From: Clostridia bacterium
GTDB taxonomy: Bacteria; Bacillota; DULZ01
Assembly: GCA_012512955.1 (NCBI GenBank)
Contig: JAAZDD010000072.1
Location: forward strand, 1 to 60,561
Reading direction: 5' to 3'
Length of the DNA stretch: 60,561 nucleotides
Made by a program: the position numbers and the translations under genes. The notes below the pieces were generated by a model. That model was not told the origin of the DNA. It made no database searches and was given only the letters and a program-made list of their open reading frames with translations. Of the stretch, positions 28,556 to 37,247 are shown piece by piece; within the stretch, counting starts at the first letter, position 1; each line of letters begins with the position of its first letter.

Positions 28556-29167
28556 TCAGAGGCCCACCATCACCAGTATCAATTGTAACAAAAACAAAAC
28601 GGTAGGCGTAATAATGCGGCTCAACAATCCAGTGGCCAACAGCACCAGCAAGATGATAGGCCCGTAGGCCTCAAGCCTCATCAGGGAGACGGCACTTTCC
28701 GCCGGCAGCAAATTGGCCAGTATTTTGGAACCGTCCAGGGGCGGAAGGGGTATCAGGTTGAACACCGCCAGGGCCAGGTTGATAAACAGCAGTTCCTTAA
28801 AAAAATTCTGCCATAAAAGGGATTGGCCCACTACCAGTTTCAGCCCGAAGGCAGCCAGGTAGGCCAGAACCAGGTTCATCAGGGGACCCGCCAATCCGAC
28901 CAACAGCATCCCCCGTCTCCGGTCCCCCCGAAAAAAGAAAGGATTTACGGGAACAGGTTTTGCCCAGCCGAAGCGGGCTACCAACAGCATCAATGTTCCC
29001 AAGGGATCCAGGTGGGCCATGGGGTTCAGGGTCAACCGGCCGTGCCGGGCCGGAGTAGGGTCCCCAAGCAAGGCTGCCACCTTACCGTGGGCATATTCAT
29101 GAAAAGTAATGGCAATCAAAATGGCCGGGATCAAAGTAATCAGGCTATCCAAACTGAACATCGGCAT
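28556..29167 (-). CDS. Site-2 protease family (M50) zinc metalloprotease
   Basis: 203-aa membrane protein with HEYAHG and an NLIPLPPLDG second motif. Confidence 0.8.
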   Translation of the reverse strand: MPMFSLDSLITLIPAILIAITFHEYAHGKVAALLGDPTPARHGRLTLNPMAHLDPLGTLMLLVARFGWAKPVPVNPFFFRGDRRRGMLLVGLAGPLMNLVLAYLAAFGLKLVVGQSLLWQNFFKELLFINLALAVFNLIPLPPLDGSKILANLLPAESAVSLMRLEAYGPIILLVLLATGLLSRIITPTVLFLLQLILVMVGL

Positions 29168-31781
29168 GCTGAACCCCTCCCTTAATCAGTTCCTTGGCCA
29201 GGCATAATTCTTCTCCGTCTTCCTTTATTTTTCCTGTCAGCCGGGCCATTTCCAGCTCTTTCAAAATTGCTCCCACGCCGGGACCGGGTTTCAGCCCCAG
29301 TCCAATTAAATCATGACCCGTCAGTTTCGGTTTCAGGGTATTCCGCTTGATTAAATAGGTGCAGGTTTTTTGGACCGCCGTTTCCGTACCCGAGAGAGCC
29401 CCCCAAGCCACCATTGTTTCATCGACCTTGCTCCGGCACTGCCTGTGGAGTACTTCCAGGTAATCTTTTCGCCACAGGACCTCGTAAGGTAAAGAAGACT
29501 TTAACTCAAAAACGTCTACGATAATTTGCCGGTCCCTCTTGTTGAAGAGCAGGGTTTCCAAAAAGTCCCGGATTTGCAGCGATGAACACGGGGATAAAAG
29601 TACCGCCAGGTAGGCGCTCCAGGCTGTGATCTCCGCTACCGGTTCCAGTTCCCGGATTCCCTTTCTTGCCAGCTTCAGCGCTTCCTGCACCCGGTGGTCC
29701 CATGCCATGCCCCGGAAGATTTGCTTGTCTGCTTCCAATTGGGCTAATTGTTCTACGGCAGGTACCGGATCATCTTCCAGGAGAATCTGTTTCAGCTCAT
29801 TCCATAACCGGGGCAAGGACACTTCTGCCAGTCGTTTCTCTTTTAAGGCCCTGAGCATAAACCCGTAAGTTTCCTCTTCAATCTGCCAACCGTATTTGCT
29901 GCAGAAACGGACGGCCCTGATAATCCGGGTGGGATCTTCCACAAAACTTAAATTGTGCAGGACCCGGATCAATCCTTCCATTAAATCACTGTAACCGCAA
30001 AAATAGTCCACCAGCAAGCCGAAACTATCCGGGTTCAGGGAGATGGCCATGGCATTGACGGTAAAGTCCCGCCGGTATAAGTCTTCCTTAATCCTCGCGC
30101 TTTCCACTGTGGGTAGGGCGGCGGGATAGGGGTAGAATTCCCTCCTGGCAGAGACAAAATCCAGCCGGTAGCCTTCAGGAACAAATACGGTGGCAGTTTG
30201 AAAAGTGTCATGGTTCCGTACTTTGCTGCCCGTCAATTCCGCGAATTGCCGGGCTAATTGGGGACCGTCCCCTTCCACCACAACATCAATATCGATATTG
30301 GGACAGCCGATAATCAAATCCCGGACAATACCCCCCACCAGGAACACCAGTTCATCCCGTTCCTGGCCTAGCCTGCCGATTATCTCCAGGAATTTCAGCA
30401 AACCGGGTTCAAGCCGTTGCAGGAGTAACTCCTTAATTTCCACTCCTTGAACCGGACACTGCAGGCGAAAATTGGTGGAAAACCTGCCCTGATATTCCCG
30501 GTGGATGGTTTTCAACAAGTCGGTCCTACTGACAATCCCTACTAATACTCCGTTCTCACAAACAGGCAGCCTGCCGATATCATGATTGATCATCAGGTCC
30601 TCTATCAGGGTCATGGGTATATCCGGTTCCACCGTCTTCACCTGACGACTCATATACGCCTTAACCGGGGCATGGCCTAGGTTGTGGTGCATTGCTTTGT
30701 CCACATCCCGGCGGGAAATAATGCCCACCAGTTTACCGTCATCCACGACCGGCATCCCTGAATGGCCGTAGCGCAGCAGAAGCCGGGCCGCTTCACTGAT
30801 GGTCTGCTGCGGCTTGACGCTTTTGACGGGGCTGCTCATCAGGTCTCTTGCTGTTAAGGGTGCGGAAATAAAGGAGGGCAGCAGCTGATCCAACTGCTCC
30901 AGCAGTTCTTCCAATTTGCCCCCCTTTACTTTGGCGGAGCCTGCTTTAGCATGACCTCCCCCGCCAAAGTGTCTCATCAGCTCATCCACCCTGACCCAAT
31001 CGACCCGGCTCCGGGCCACCAAATCCACCTGCCGGGGGCTGGCCACGGCCACCAGCACCACATCGGCCCCGGAAGTATCCCCCAGCTTCCTGGCAATGAG
31101 GGCGATACCGCCGATGTACTTGGTGGTTTTTGCCCCTGCCAGCAATATTTGATTGCCGTTAATCCATTTTTCTTCCCCATTGGCCAGCAACAGGTTATAC
31201 AACTGCTGTTGCTCCATATTCAGGGGACGTTCCAAAAAGGTATTAATCACTGCCAGATTGGCTCCTGAGCCTAAAAGATAAGCCAGAGCCTCTGCATCGC
31301 TTGTAGTAGTGCCCAAAAAACGCAGGGAACCGGTGTCCTGGTGAATTCCCAGGGCCAAGATGGTTGCTTCAATAGGATTCAGTTGAATCTGCCGCCTGCG
31401 TATTTCTTTGACCATAATGGTGGCCGTCGCTCCCAAGGGCTCAATAATCCCTTGAAAATACTTCTGTTCATTTTCCGTGTAAGGATGATGGTCGTAAATG
31501 ATTAACCGGGCGCCGGCTGCTACTGCCCGCTGGGCAAGGCTGACCCGGCTCAGTTGGTTGATGTCCACCAGGATCACCTTATCAATCTGTTCAATGTTTT
31601 TTTCAAAGGAGCCGGCACTGTAGAAATCAAAGGTATCTTTATAAAGGGCCAGAAATTCTTTGACCGGTCCACTCAGTTTCCCCGGCAAGACCATTTTAGA
31701 CTCGGGAAAAAGCTTTTGGGCCCCGATCATAGCTGCCAATCCGTCGAAATCCAGGTTTTCGTGGGAACAAATAACTTGCAT
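29145..31781 (-). CDS. Multidomain DHH/DHHA1 phosphoesterase - tandem CBS - CCA-adding tRNA nucleotidyltransferase/poly(A) polymerase family protein
   Basis: 878 aa. N-terminal DHH domain (HENLDFDGLAA, DHH, GGGH). Two CBS repeats follow (MSSPV...GMPVVDDGKLVGIISRRD; MSRQV...RLPVCENGVLVGIVSRTD). Then a nucleotidyltransferase head (GGIVRDLIIG...DIDVVVEG, RRDFTVNA). Confidence 0.85.
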   Translation of the reverse strand: MQVICSHENLDFDGLAAMIGAQKLFPESKMVLPGKLSGPVKEFLALYKDTFDFYSAGSFEKNIEQIDKVILVDINQLSRVSLAQRAVAAGARLIIYDHHPYTENEQKYFQGIIEPLGATATIMVKEIRRRQIQLNPIEATILALGIHQDTGSLRFLGTTTSDAEALAYLLGSGANLAVINTFLERPLNMEQQQLYNLLLANGEEKWINGNQILLAGAKTTKYIGGIALIARKLGDTSGADVVLVAVASPRQVDLVARSRVDWVRVDELMRHFGGGGHAKAGSAKVKGGKLEELLEQLDQLLPSFISAPLTARDLMSSPVKSVKPQQTISEAARLLLRYGHSGMPVVDDGKLVGIISRRDVDKAMHHNLGHAPVKAYMSRQVKTVEPDIPMTLIEDLMINHDIGRLPVCENGVLVGIVSRTDLLKTIHREYQGRFSTNFRLQCPVQGVEIKELLLQRLEPGLLKFLEIIGRLGQERDELVFLVGGIVRDLIIGCPNIDIDVVVEGDGPQLARQFAELTGSKVRNHDTFQTATVFVPEGYRLDFVSARREFYPYPAALPTVESARIKEDLYRRDFTVNAMAISLNPDSFGLLVDYFCGYSDLMEGLIRVLHNLSFVEDPTRIIRAVRFCSKYGWQIEEETYGFMLRALKEKRLAEVSLPRLWNELKQILLEDDPVPAVEQLAQLEADKQIFRGMAWDHRVQEALKLARKGIRELEPVAEITAWSAYLAVLLSPCSSLQIRDFLETLLFNKRDRQIIVDVFELKSSLPYEVLWRKDYLEVLHRQCRSKVDETMVAWGALSGTETAVQKTCTYLIKRNTLKPKLTGHDLIGLGLKPGPGVGAILKELEMARLTGKIKEDGEELCLAKELIKGGVQHADVQFG

Positions 31782-31797
31782 TAAGCAACACCCCGGG

Positions 31798-33123
31798 TTA
31801 GAGATTTCTACCCTGAAGCCGGGCCGGAATTTTATGTTTTCGGATTAGATCTTCATAAGATTCCCTCTCAATAATTAAGTCGGCCTTACCTTCACGGACC
31901 AAGACGACTGCCGGACGGGCAAGATTATTATAATTGCTGGCCATGGCATAACTGTAAGCTCCGGTAGAGGGAACAGCCAGGATATCCCCTCTCTCCGCTT
32001 GAGGTAGCTCAATATCCCAAATCAGCATATCTCCCGACTCACAGCATTTTCCGGTAACGGAAACGGTCACTTCAGCCGGTAAATTCATTTTATTGGCAAT
32101 GGCCGCTTCATATTTGGCCTGATAGAGAGAGGGTCTGATATTGTCTGCCATGCCCCCGTCCACCGCTACATATTTGCGGAAACCGGGAATCGTTTTAATG
32201 GTGCCTACGGTATAGAGGGTTGTCCCGGCGTTTCCGATAATGGAGCGCCCTGGCTCGATGATGACTCTGGGTAAGGGATAATTGTATTTTCCGGCACACT
32301 CCTTAACAGTATCCATTACCGCTGCGGCATAGTCCTCAATTGTTGCCGGCCGGTCTTCCGCAGTATAATAAATCCCAAAACCACCCCCTAAATTCAGGAT
32401 GGGACAGACAATACCTGTTTCCTGCCGGATCTGCACCAGGAATTCAAACATGATCCGGGCCGTATGGGCGTACGAGTCCATTTCGAACACTTGGGATCCG
32501 ATGTGACAGTGAACTCCCTTAAAATCCAAACAGGGATAATCCGCCAGGCTTTTCACTGCAGCAAGGGCTTGTCCGTTGGGCAAAGTAAAACCAAATTTTG
32601 AATCGATTTGCCCCGTCTGAATGTATTCATGGGTATGAGCTTCTACTCCGGGAGTGATCCTTAGCAAAACCGCCGGCTTAACCCCCAGGGAGGCAGCCAG
32701 ACTATTCAGCATTTTTAGTTCATCGGCATTGTCTACCACAATATAACCTACTTGATGGGACAAAGCCATCTCCAACTCCGCCGGGCTCTTGTTGTTCCCG
32801 TGAAAAAAGATGTTCTTGGCCGGGAAATGACTCATTATAGCAAAATAGAGTTCTCCTCCGGAAACTACATCCAGGCCCACTCCCTCTTCAGCCATAATCC
32901 GGCAGAAGGCAGGAGAACTGAAAGCTTTACTGGCATAGACCACCTGATTACCTGGGTAAGGCTTAACAAAGGCTTCAATATATTGCCGGCAAGTTTCCCT
33001 GATTAGGGCTTCATCAAGCACGATCAAAGGAGTGCCGAATTCACCGGCCAGAGAAACAGTATCGCAACCCCCGATTTCCAGGTGTCCCCGGGAGTTAACA
33101 GTCATGGTACCGTGTAGTTTCAT
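31798..33123 (-). CDS. lysA: Diaminopimelate decarboxylase
   Basis: PLP-dependent decarboxylase motifs (YASKAF, HCHIGSQ, GGGFGI, CESGD). The ORF is trimmed to ATG at 33123 (MKLHGTMTVNSRGHLEIGG). Confidence 0.92.
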   Translation of the reverse strand: MKLHGTMTVNSRGHLEIGGCDTVSLAGEFGTPLIVLDEALIRETCRQYIEAFVKPYPGNQVVYASKAFSSPAFCRIMAEEGVGLDVVSGGELYFAIMSHFPAKNIFFHGNNKSPAELEMALSHQVGYIVVDNADELKMLNSLAASLGVKPAVLLRITPGVEAHTHEYIQTGQIDSKFGFTLPNGQALAAVKSLADYPCLDFKGVHCHIGSQVFEMDSYAHTARIMFEFLVQIRQETGIVCPILNLGGGFGIYYTAEDRPATIEDYAAAVMDTVKECAGKYNYPLPRVIIEPGRSIIGNAGTTLYTVGTIKTIPGFRKYVAVDGGMADNIRPSLYQAKYEAAIANKMNLPAEVTVSVTGKCCESGDMLIWDIELPQAERGDILAVPSTGAYSYAMASNYNNLARPAVVLVREGKADLIIERESYEDLIRKHKIPARLQGRNL

Positions 33124-33150
33124 GCAGGCATCCTCTCCCCTACTGATCTT

Positions 33151-33177
33151 AAAAAATGACTGGTTGTTACCAGTCAT
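33151..33177 (-). terminator. Candidate Rho-independent terminator closing the extended spoVA operon
   Basis: Minus strand: ATGACTGG-TAACAA-CCAGTCAT (8 bp) followed by TTTTTAAG. It lies between the activator gene stop (33255) and the lysA start. Confidence 0.5.
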
Positions 33178-33254
33178 ACTAAGTATGGCCAAAGACAATA
33201 ATTTTTGCGGATAGTCTAACACACCCGCCATCATTTGTCAAAGCAAAATTGTGC

Positions 33255-34232
33255 TCAGGCTCCTGTGCCGACAGCCTTGAGGCCGGACCACTTGCCGCAG
33301 CGGTCACCCCAGCGGGCAATGACAGCCTGGTCCTGTTCAATTTGGATTACTTCACAGCCATTGGGACAATCCTGGCATTCAAATCCTGACTGACGAAAAT
33401 GATAACCGGCGCAATCAAATCCTTTAAAGGAGGTAGTATTACCTTTCAGCCACTCTTCCCTGGCCAAGATGGCCATACCCACGGCACCCATCACATCATA
33501 TTGGTCCGGTACGATGATTTCTGATTGCAGGGCCACTCGAAAAGCTTCCCGGATACCTGCATTGGCGGCTACTCCACCTTGAAAGACAATGGGGGCCAGG
33601 ATCTCTTTTCCTTTGCCCAAGTTGCTCAGGAAGTTTCGCACCAAAGCCTGGCATAACCCGGCAATGATGTCTTCCAGGCGGTGGCCCATTTGTTGCTTGT
33701 GAATCATGTCCGATTCGGCGAAAACGGTACATCTCCCGGCAATGCGGACGGGATTTTTGGCCCGGAGAGCCAAATTACCGAATTCTTCAATCGGCAGGCC
33801 CAACCGTCCTGCCTGTTGATCCAAAAAGGAACCTGTACCGGCGGCACAGACTGTATTCATGGCAAAGTCGGTGACTACCCCGTCCCTGATAATGATCAGT
33901 TTGGAATCTTGGCCGCCTATTTCCAGAACCGTCTGGACCCCATGGACCAGCTCGGAGGCAGCGATGGCATGGGCGGTAATTTCATTCTTTACAATATCGG
34001 CACCGACCAGCACGGCCGCCAGGTGCCGGGCACTGCCTGTAGTCCCTACCCCTTCAATTTTGACGGTATCCTGCCATTTCTCCGCCAATTGAGCCAATCC
34101 TTCCTGGATGGTGGCTATCGGCCGGCCTTTTGTCCGGAGATAGGTCTTGGCAACCAGATTCCCTTCCCGATCCAGCAGCACCAGGTTAGTGCTCACGGAT
34201 CCCACATCAATACCCAAAAACATGGTTTTCAT
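33255..34232 (-). CDS. BadF/BadG/BcrA/BcrD-type ATPase (HgdC-like activator of 2-hydroxyacyl-CoA dehydratase-type enzymes) with C-terminal Cys-rich extension
   Basis: 325 aa. ASKHA motifs LGIDVGSVSTN, GTTGSAR and EIGGQDSK. Two cluster-type Cys contexts, CAAGTGSFLD and GRCTVFAESD. C-terminal CQDCPNGC...CGKW. Confidence 0.85.
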   Translation of the reverse strand: MKTMFLGIDVGSVSTNLVLLDREGNLVAKTYLRTKGRPIATIQEGLAQLAEKWQDTVKIEGVGTTGSARHLAAVLVGADIVKNEITAHAIAASELVHGVQTVLEIGGQDSKLIIIRDGVVTDFAMNTVCAAGTGSFLDQQAGRLGLPIEEFGNLALRAKNPVRIAGRCTVFAESDMIHKQQMGHRLEDIIAGLCQALVRNFLSNLGKGKEILAPIVFQGGVAANAGIREAFRVALQSEIIVPDQYDVMGAVGMAILAREEWLKGNTTSFKGFDCAGYHFRQSGFECQDCPNGCEVIQIEQDQAVIARWGDRCGKWSGLKAVGTGA

Positions 34233-35316
34233 TCTTTTTCAATCTCCTTTGCCGGTATCTGACCAGATCTGCAAATGCTTCCAACCGGGTCAACAGACCT
34301 GCTTCCCCCGTTTGCTCATCCACATAAAGAGTTAAAGTGGGAACATCGTATTTTTCCGTCACTTTCGGCAGCACGGAATGGGCCACTATTTCCGGCATAC
34401 AGGTTAGAGGAGCAATTTGAATGATACCGTCTATGCCTCTTTTAGCATACTGAACGGAACAGCCCACCGTTTCCCGACCGTGACCGCCTACAAATGAATT
34501 TAGAAAGGGCTTGGCCAGTTCCCGCGCTTTTTTGGTACCTTCAATGTTAAGTATTCCACCCAGCAAGTGTTCATTGATCCAACTGCTCAGAAACAATGGG
34601 CGCAGTACTTCCACACCCAGACTGTTCAGTTGTTTTTCCAGGTTTAAATTGACGAAAGGCTCCAAGACTGTATAGATCTCACCTACCAGCAGGATTTTCA
34701 CCGTTTGCCGTTCCTCATCCAGTTTGATGCTCTCTATTTGAGACAGGTAATCCTGGCCAAGCCATTTAATTTGAGCAATTTTGGCGGTCCGTTCCAGTTG
34801 AAGGCGAGCCTCACCCAACAGTTGATCAATACTACCCTTGTTTGCCTCCCTTGCCCTCAGGATTAAGGCCTTTTCCTCCAGGAGATCCATCACCCTGGTC
34901 TTGTGCCAGGCGAGATAAATGGCTTCCAGGACTCGTTTCCAGGAAACCTTTTTCAGGCGCCGGATCTTGTCCCATAGTTCCCGGGGGTGAGCATCGGGAG
35001 GTTCCAAAACAATCAGTTCCATTTGGATGCCCAGATCCCGTAGTATTTCCTGTTGAATAGCACCGTAGTACCCGATGCGACAGGGTCCTATCCCTCCCAC
35101 CATTAAGGCCGTGTCTGCCCCCAATTCATAGGCTTCCAGGTAATTGCCCAAATTGATTTTCAGGGGCAGACAGGCAAATTCGGGCGAGTGCTGAACTCCC
35201 AGGGAGAGGGTCTTTTTGGAACAAGCCGGGGGTACGATAACCTCAAGACCAATTCCTTTAAGCAGCGTTTCCGCCGTTAAAGACAAGTTTCCCATGTGGG
35301 GAAAAGTAATTTTCAA
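34207..35316 (-). CDS. Acyl-CoA dehydratase activase-related protein (DUF2229 family), copy B
   Basis: 369 aa. SPEFACLPLK, GGIGPCRIGYYG and IAPLTCMPE motifs, as recalled for the uncharacterised domain of CoA-enzyme activases. TTG start 8 nt after AGGAGG, overlapping the upstream stop (TTGA). Confidence 0.75.
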   Translation of the reverse strand: MKITFPHMGNLSLTAETLLKGIGLEVIVPPACSKKTLSLGVQHSPEFACLPLKINLGNYLEAYELGADTALMVGGIGPCRIGYYGAIQQEILRDLGIQMELIVLEPPDAHPRELWDKIRRLKKVSWKRVLEAIYLAWHKTRVMDLLEEKALILRAREANKGSIDQLLGEARLQLERTAKIAQIKWLGQDYLSQIESIKLDEERQTVKILLVGEIYTVLEPFVNLNLEKQLNSLGVEVLRPLFLSSWINEHLLGGILNIEGTKKARELAKPFLNSFVGGHGRETVGCSVQYAKRGIDGIIQIAPLTCMPEIVAHSVLPKVTEKYDVPTLTLYVDEQTGEAGLLTRLEAFADLVRYRQRRLKKNENHVFGY

Positions 35317-36272
35317 GATATTTTCCTCCTAGCAATCATATCGATAAATGCTTCCAACCTGGTATCCAACCCTGCTTCACCGGTGTGCTCATCAATGGTA
35401 AGGCATAATAAAGGTTTTCGCCTCCTGCGCTTTAACAATCGTTCCAACAACTCCGCCACCAGGGAATCGGGGCCACAGCCAAAGGAGGCCATATGGATTA
35501 TACCGGCGATATCATCCCGCTGTTCCAGGTAAAGGGCACTGCCCAAAATGCGGTGACCAAGAGTCCAAAACATCCTCTTGGGCAAGACTTCGGCAGCCTG
35601 GTCCCGAGCGGCGGGATCCACGCTTTCCGCCGTGATTGCCTCCACACCGAGCCTGGCCAGTTTTGCGATGATGTTCATGCTGGCATAGGGATCATAAATA
35701 TTGTAGCCGTGACCCAAAAGGGCCACTTTTAGCTTACGCTCCCCAAAGCCAAAGCGAGCCCCGTCCAGGACAGTCATTGGGTTTTGCCCTCCCTTCAGTT
35801 TTGTTTCATATTCCCGCAAGGCAGCTATACTTTCAGCGCAGGCTCTCCGGACTGTTTCCGGAGGATGTCCCAGTTTTCTGCCCAAGTGTTCCAGATCCTT
35901 GCTAAGGCTTTGCCCTTTACGACTCCCGTCGAAGGTGTGATCGATGATCTCCGGGTGCTCAGGAAAATTGGCCCGGATCATATCGGGCAGTCCCATAAAT
36001 TTGGGGCAGATATAACTCCGCTCCTGGATACTTACCAGCCTGGGTAAAAAGAGGCAATCTGCCTTCTTTAACAGACTGGCTACATGCCCGTAATAGATTT
36101 TTACCGGATAACATACTTCATCTACAGCCTTTTCTATTCCCAGGTTGACAATCCGCTTATCCGTCGCCGGGGATAGAATGACTTTGTAGCCAAGTTCCCT
36201 AAAAAAAACATCCCATAAGGGAAACAAGTAATAGTAAAATAATGCTCTCGGAATACCAACAGTCTTATCCAT
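35313..36272 (-). CDS. Acyl-CoA dehydratase activase-related protein (DUF2229 family), copy A
   Basis: About 319 aa. GIPRALFYYYLFPLW, CYPVK and ASFGCGPDS motifs. ATG at 36272 shares one nucleotide with the spoVAEA stop (TGATG). Confidence 0.75.
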   Translation of the reverse strand: MDKTVGIPRALFYYYLFPLWDVFFRELGYKVILSPATDKRIVNLGIEKAVDEVCYPVKIYYGHVASLLKKADCLFLPRLVSIQERSYICPKFMGLPDMIRANFPEHPEIIDHTFDGSRKGQSLSKDLEHLGRKLGHPPETVRRACAESIAALREYETKLKGGQNPMTVLDGARFGFGERKLKVALLGHGYNIYDPYASMNIIAKLARLGVEAITAESVDPAARDQAAEVLPKRMFWTLGHRILGSALYLEQRDDIAGIIHMASFGCGPDSLVAELLERLLKRRRRKPLLCLTIDEHTGEAGLDTRLEAFIDMIARRKIS

Positions 36273-36865
36273 CAATTTCTTTTCTCACCTGTTTCCTGGC
36301 GGTCCCTGTTCAATTCTTCCACCTTAGTCAGAATGGTTTCCACTGCTTTTAAAGTAATGGGAGAGCCTGCCTGGTGGGCATCTTTTCCTCCCATCTTCCC
36401 GGTATCGCCGGTGCCTACAATCAGGGGAACCGACAGTTCCGGTAACACACTGACCGTATCTCCGGTCAGAAAGCGTTCCTCACTGGGGTCCCCGTCTTTA
36501 TTCACAGGGCCCTTATATATCTTTCCTTCATTGGTAATGGAAAAATCCACGGGAGTGCCTTTGGCTCCCGGGATATTGGAAGCCACGGCAACTACCCCAA
36601 TGAGTTCAATATCCGGGTGCTTTGCCAGGTAGGCCAATGCCGCTTCCCCTTTTCCCACACCGTGATGGCCTCGATCGTCTAATAAAACCACCACCGGATC
36701 ATGAGGGGTCCCTTTAATCATTTCCACCAGTTCCCTACCCGACAAAGGGGTAGGATTGCCGGCAGAACGGGAAATGAAACGAGCGCCTATTTTTTCGGCA
36801 ATTTTCGCTACTGCCTTTTCAGCCAACTGGTCACCGTCGGTAATAGCGATTACTTTCCTACCCAT
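36272..36865 (-). CDS. spoVAEA: Stage V sporulation protein AE, soluble Toprim-like part (SpoVAEA)
   Basis: MGRKVIAITDGDQLAEKAV..., VVLLDDRGHHGVGKGE. The ORF is trimmed to ATG at 36865, 10 nt after the spoVAEB stop. Confidence 0.8.
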   Translation of the reverse strand: MGRKVIAITDGDQLAEKAVAKIAEKIGARFISRSAGNPTPLSGRELVEMIKGTPHDPVVVLLDDRGHHGVGKGEAALAYLAKHPDIELIGVVAVASNIPGAKGTPVDFSITNEGKIYKGPVNKDGDPSEERFLTGDTVSVLPELSVPLIVGTGDTGKMGGKDAHQAGSPITLKAVETILTKVEELNRDRQETGEKRN

Positions 36866-36875
36866 TATCTTAATC

Positions 36876-37232
36876 TTACCCTGTCGGCCGGAAAACCACT
36901 GCAAACACATAACCAAAAACCACAGCGGTAGCGACCCCAAGAGCGGTGGCTTCAATACCCCCGCTTAAGGCTCCCATAAGTCCCCTGGTCCGGGCGGCTT
37001 CAATGGCTCCCTGGGCCAGAGAATGACCGAAGCCACTGACGGGAATGGTGGCACCGGCTCCCGCAAGATCCACTAATGGCTGGTATAAACCTAAGGCACT
37101 CAGGACGGCACCACCTGTTACATAGCCAACCAGTACATGAGCGGCAGTGATTTTGGCAGGAGTGAGGTCAATAATTAATTGTCCGATGACACATATTAAT
37201 CCGCCGACAACAAAGGCCAGAATATAGGTCAT
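36876..37232 (-). CDS. spoVAEB: Stage V sporulation protein AE, membrane part (SpoVAEB)
   Basis: 118-aa membrane protein, a paralog of SpoVAC (GAGATIPVSGFGHSLAQG). Confidence 0.85.
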   Translation of the reverse strand: MTYILAFVVGGLICVIGQLIIDLTPAKITAAHVLVGYVTGGAVLSALGLYQPLVDLAGAGATIPVSGFGHSLAQGAIEAARTRGLMGALSGGIEATALGVATAVVFGYVFAVVFRPTG

Positions 37233-37247
37233 GCTCTAACCTCCAAT

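Noticed and set aside
28530-28560. Possible T-box leader upstream of trpS
   Set aside because: Only about 8-26 nt separate trpS from the upstream M50 protease gene. There is no room for a roughly 200-nt T-box, so trpS appears to be co-transcribed.
33124-33254. Possible lysine (L-box) riboswitch upstream of lysA
   Set aside because: The spacer is only 131 nt and contains a single simple hairpin with a U-tract, interpreted as the upstream operon terminator. I saw no L-box-like multi-helix junction or conserved AGAGGxGC / GGGG motifs.
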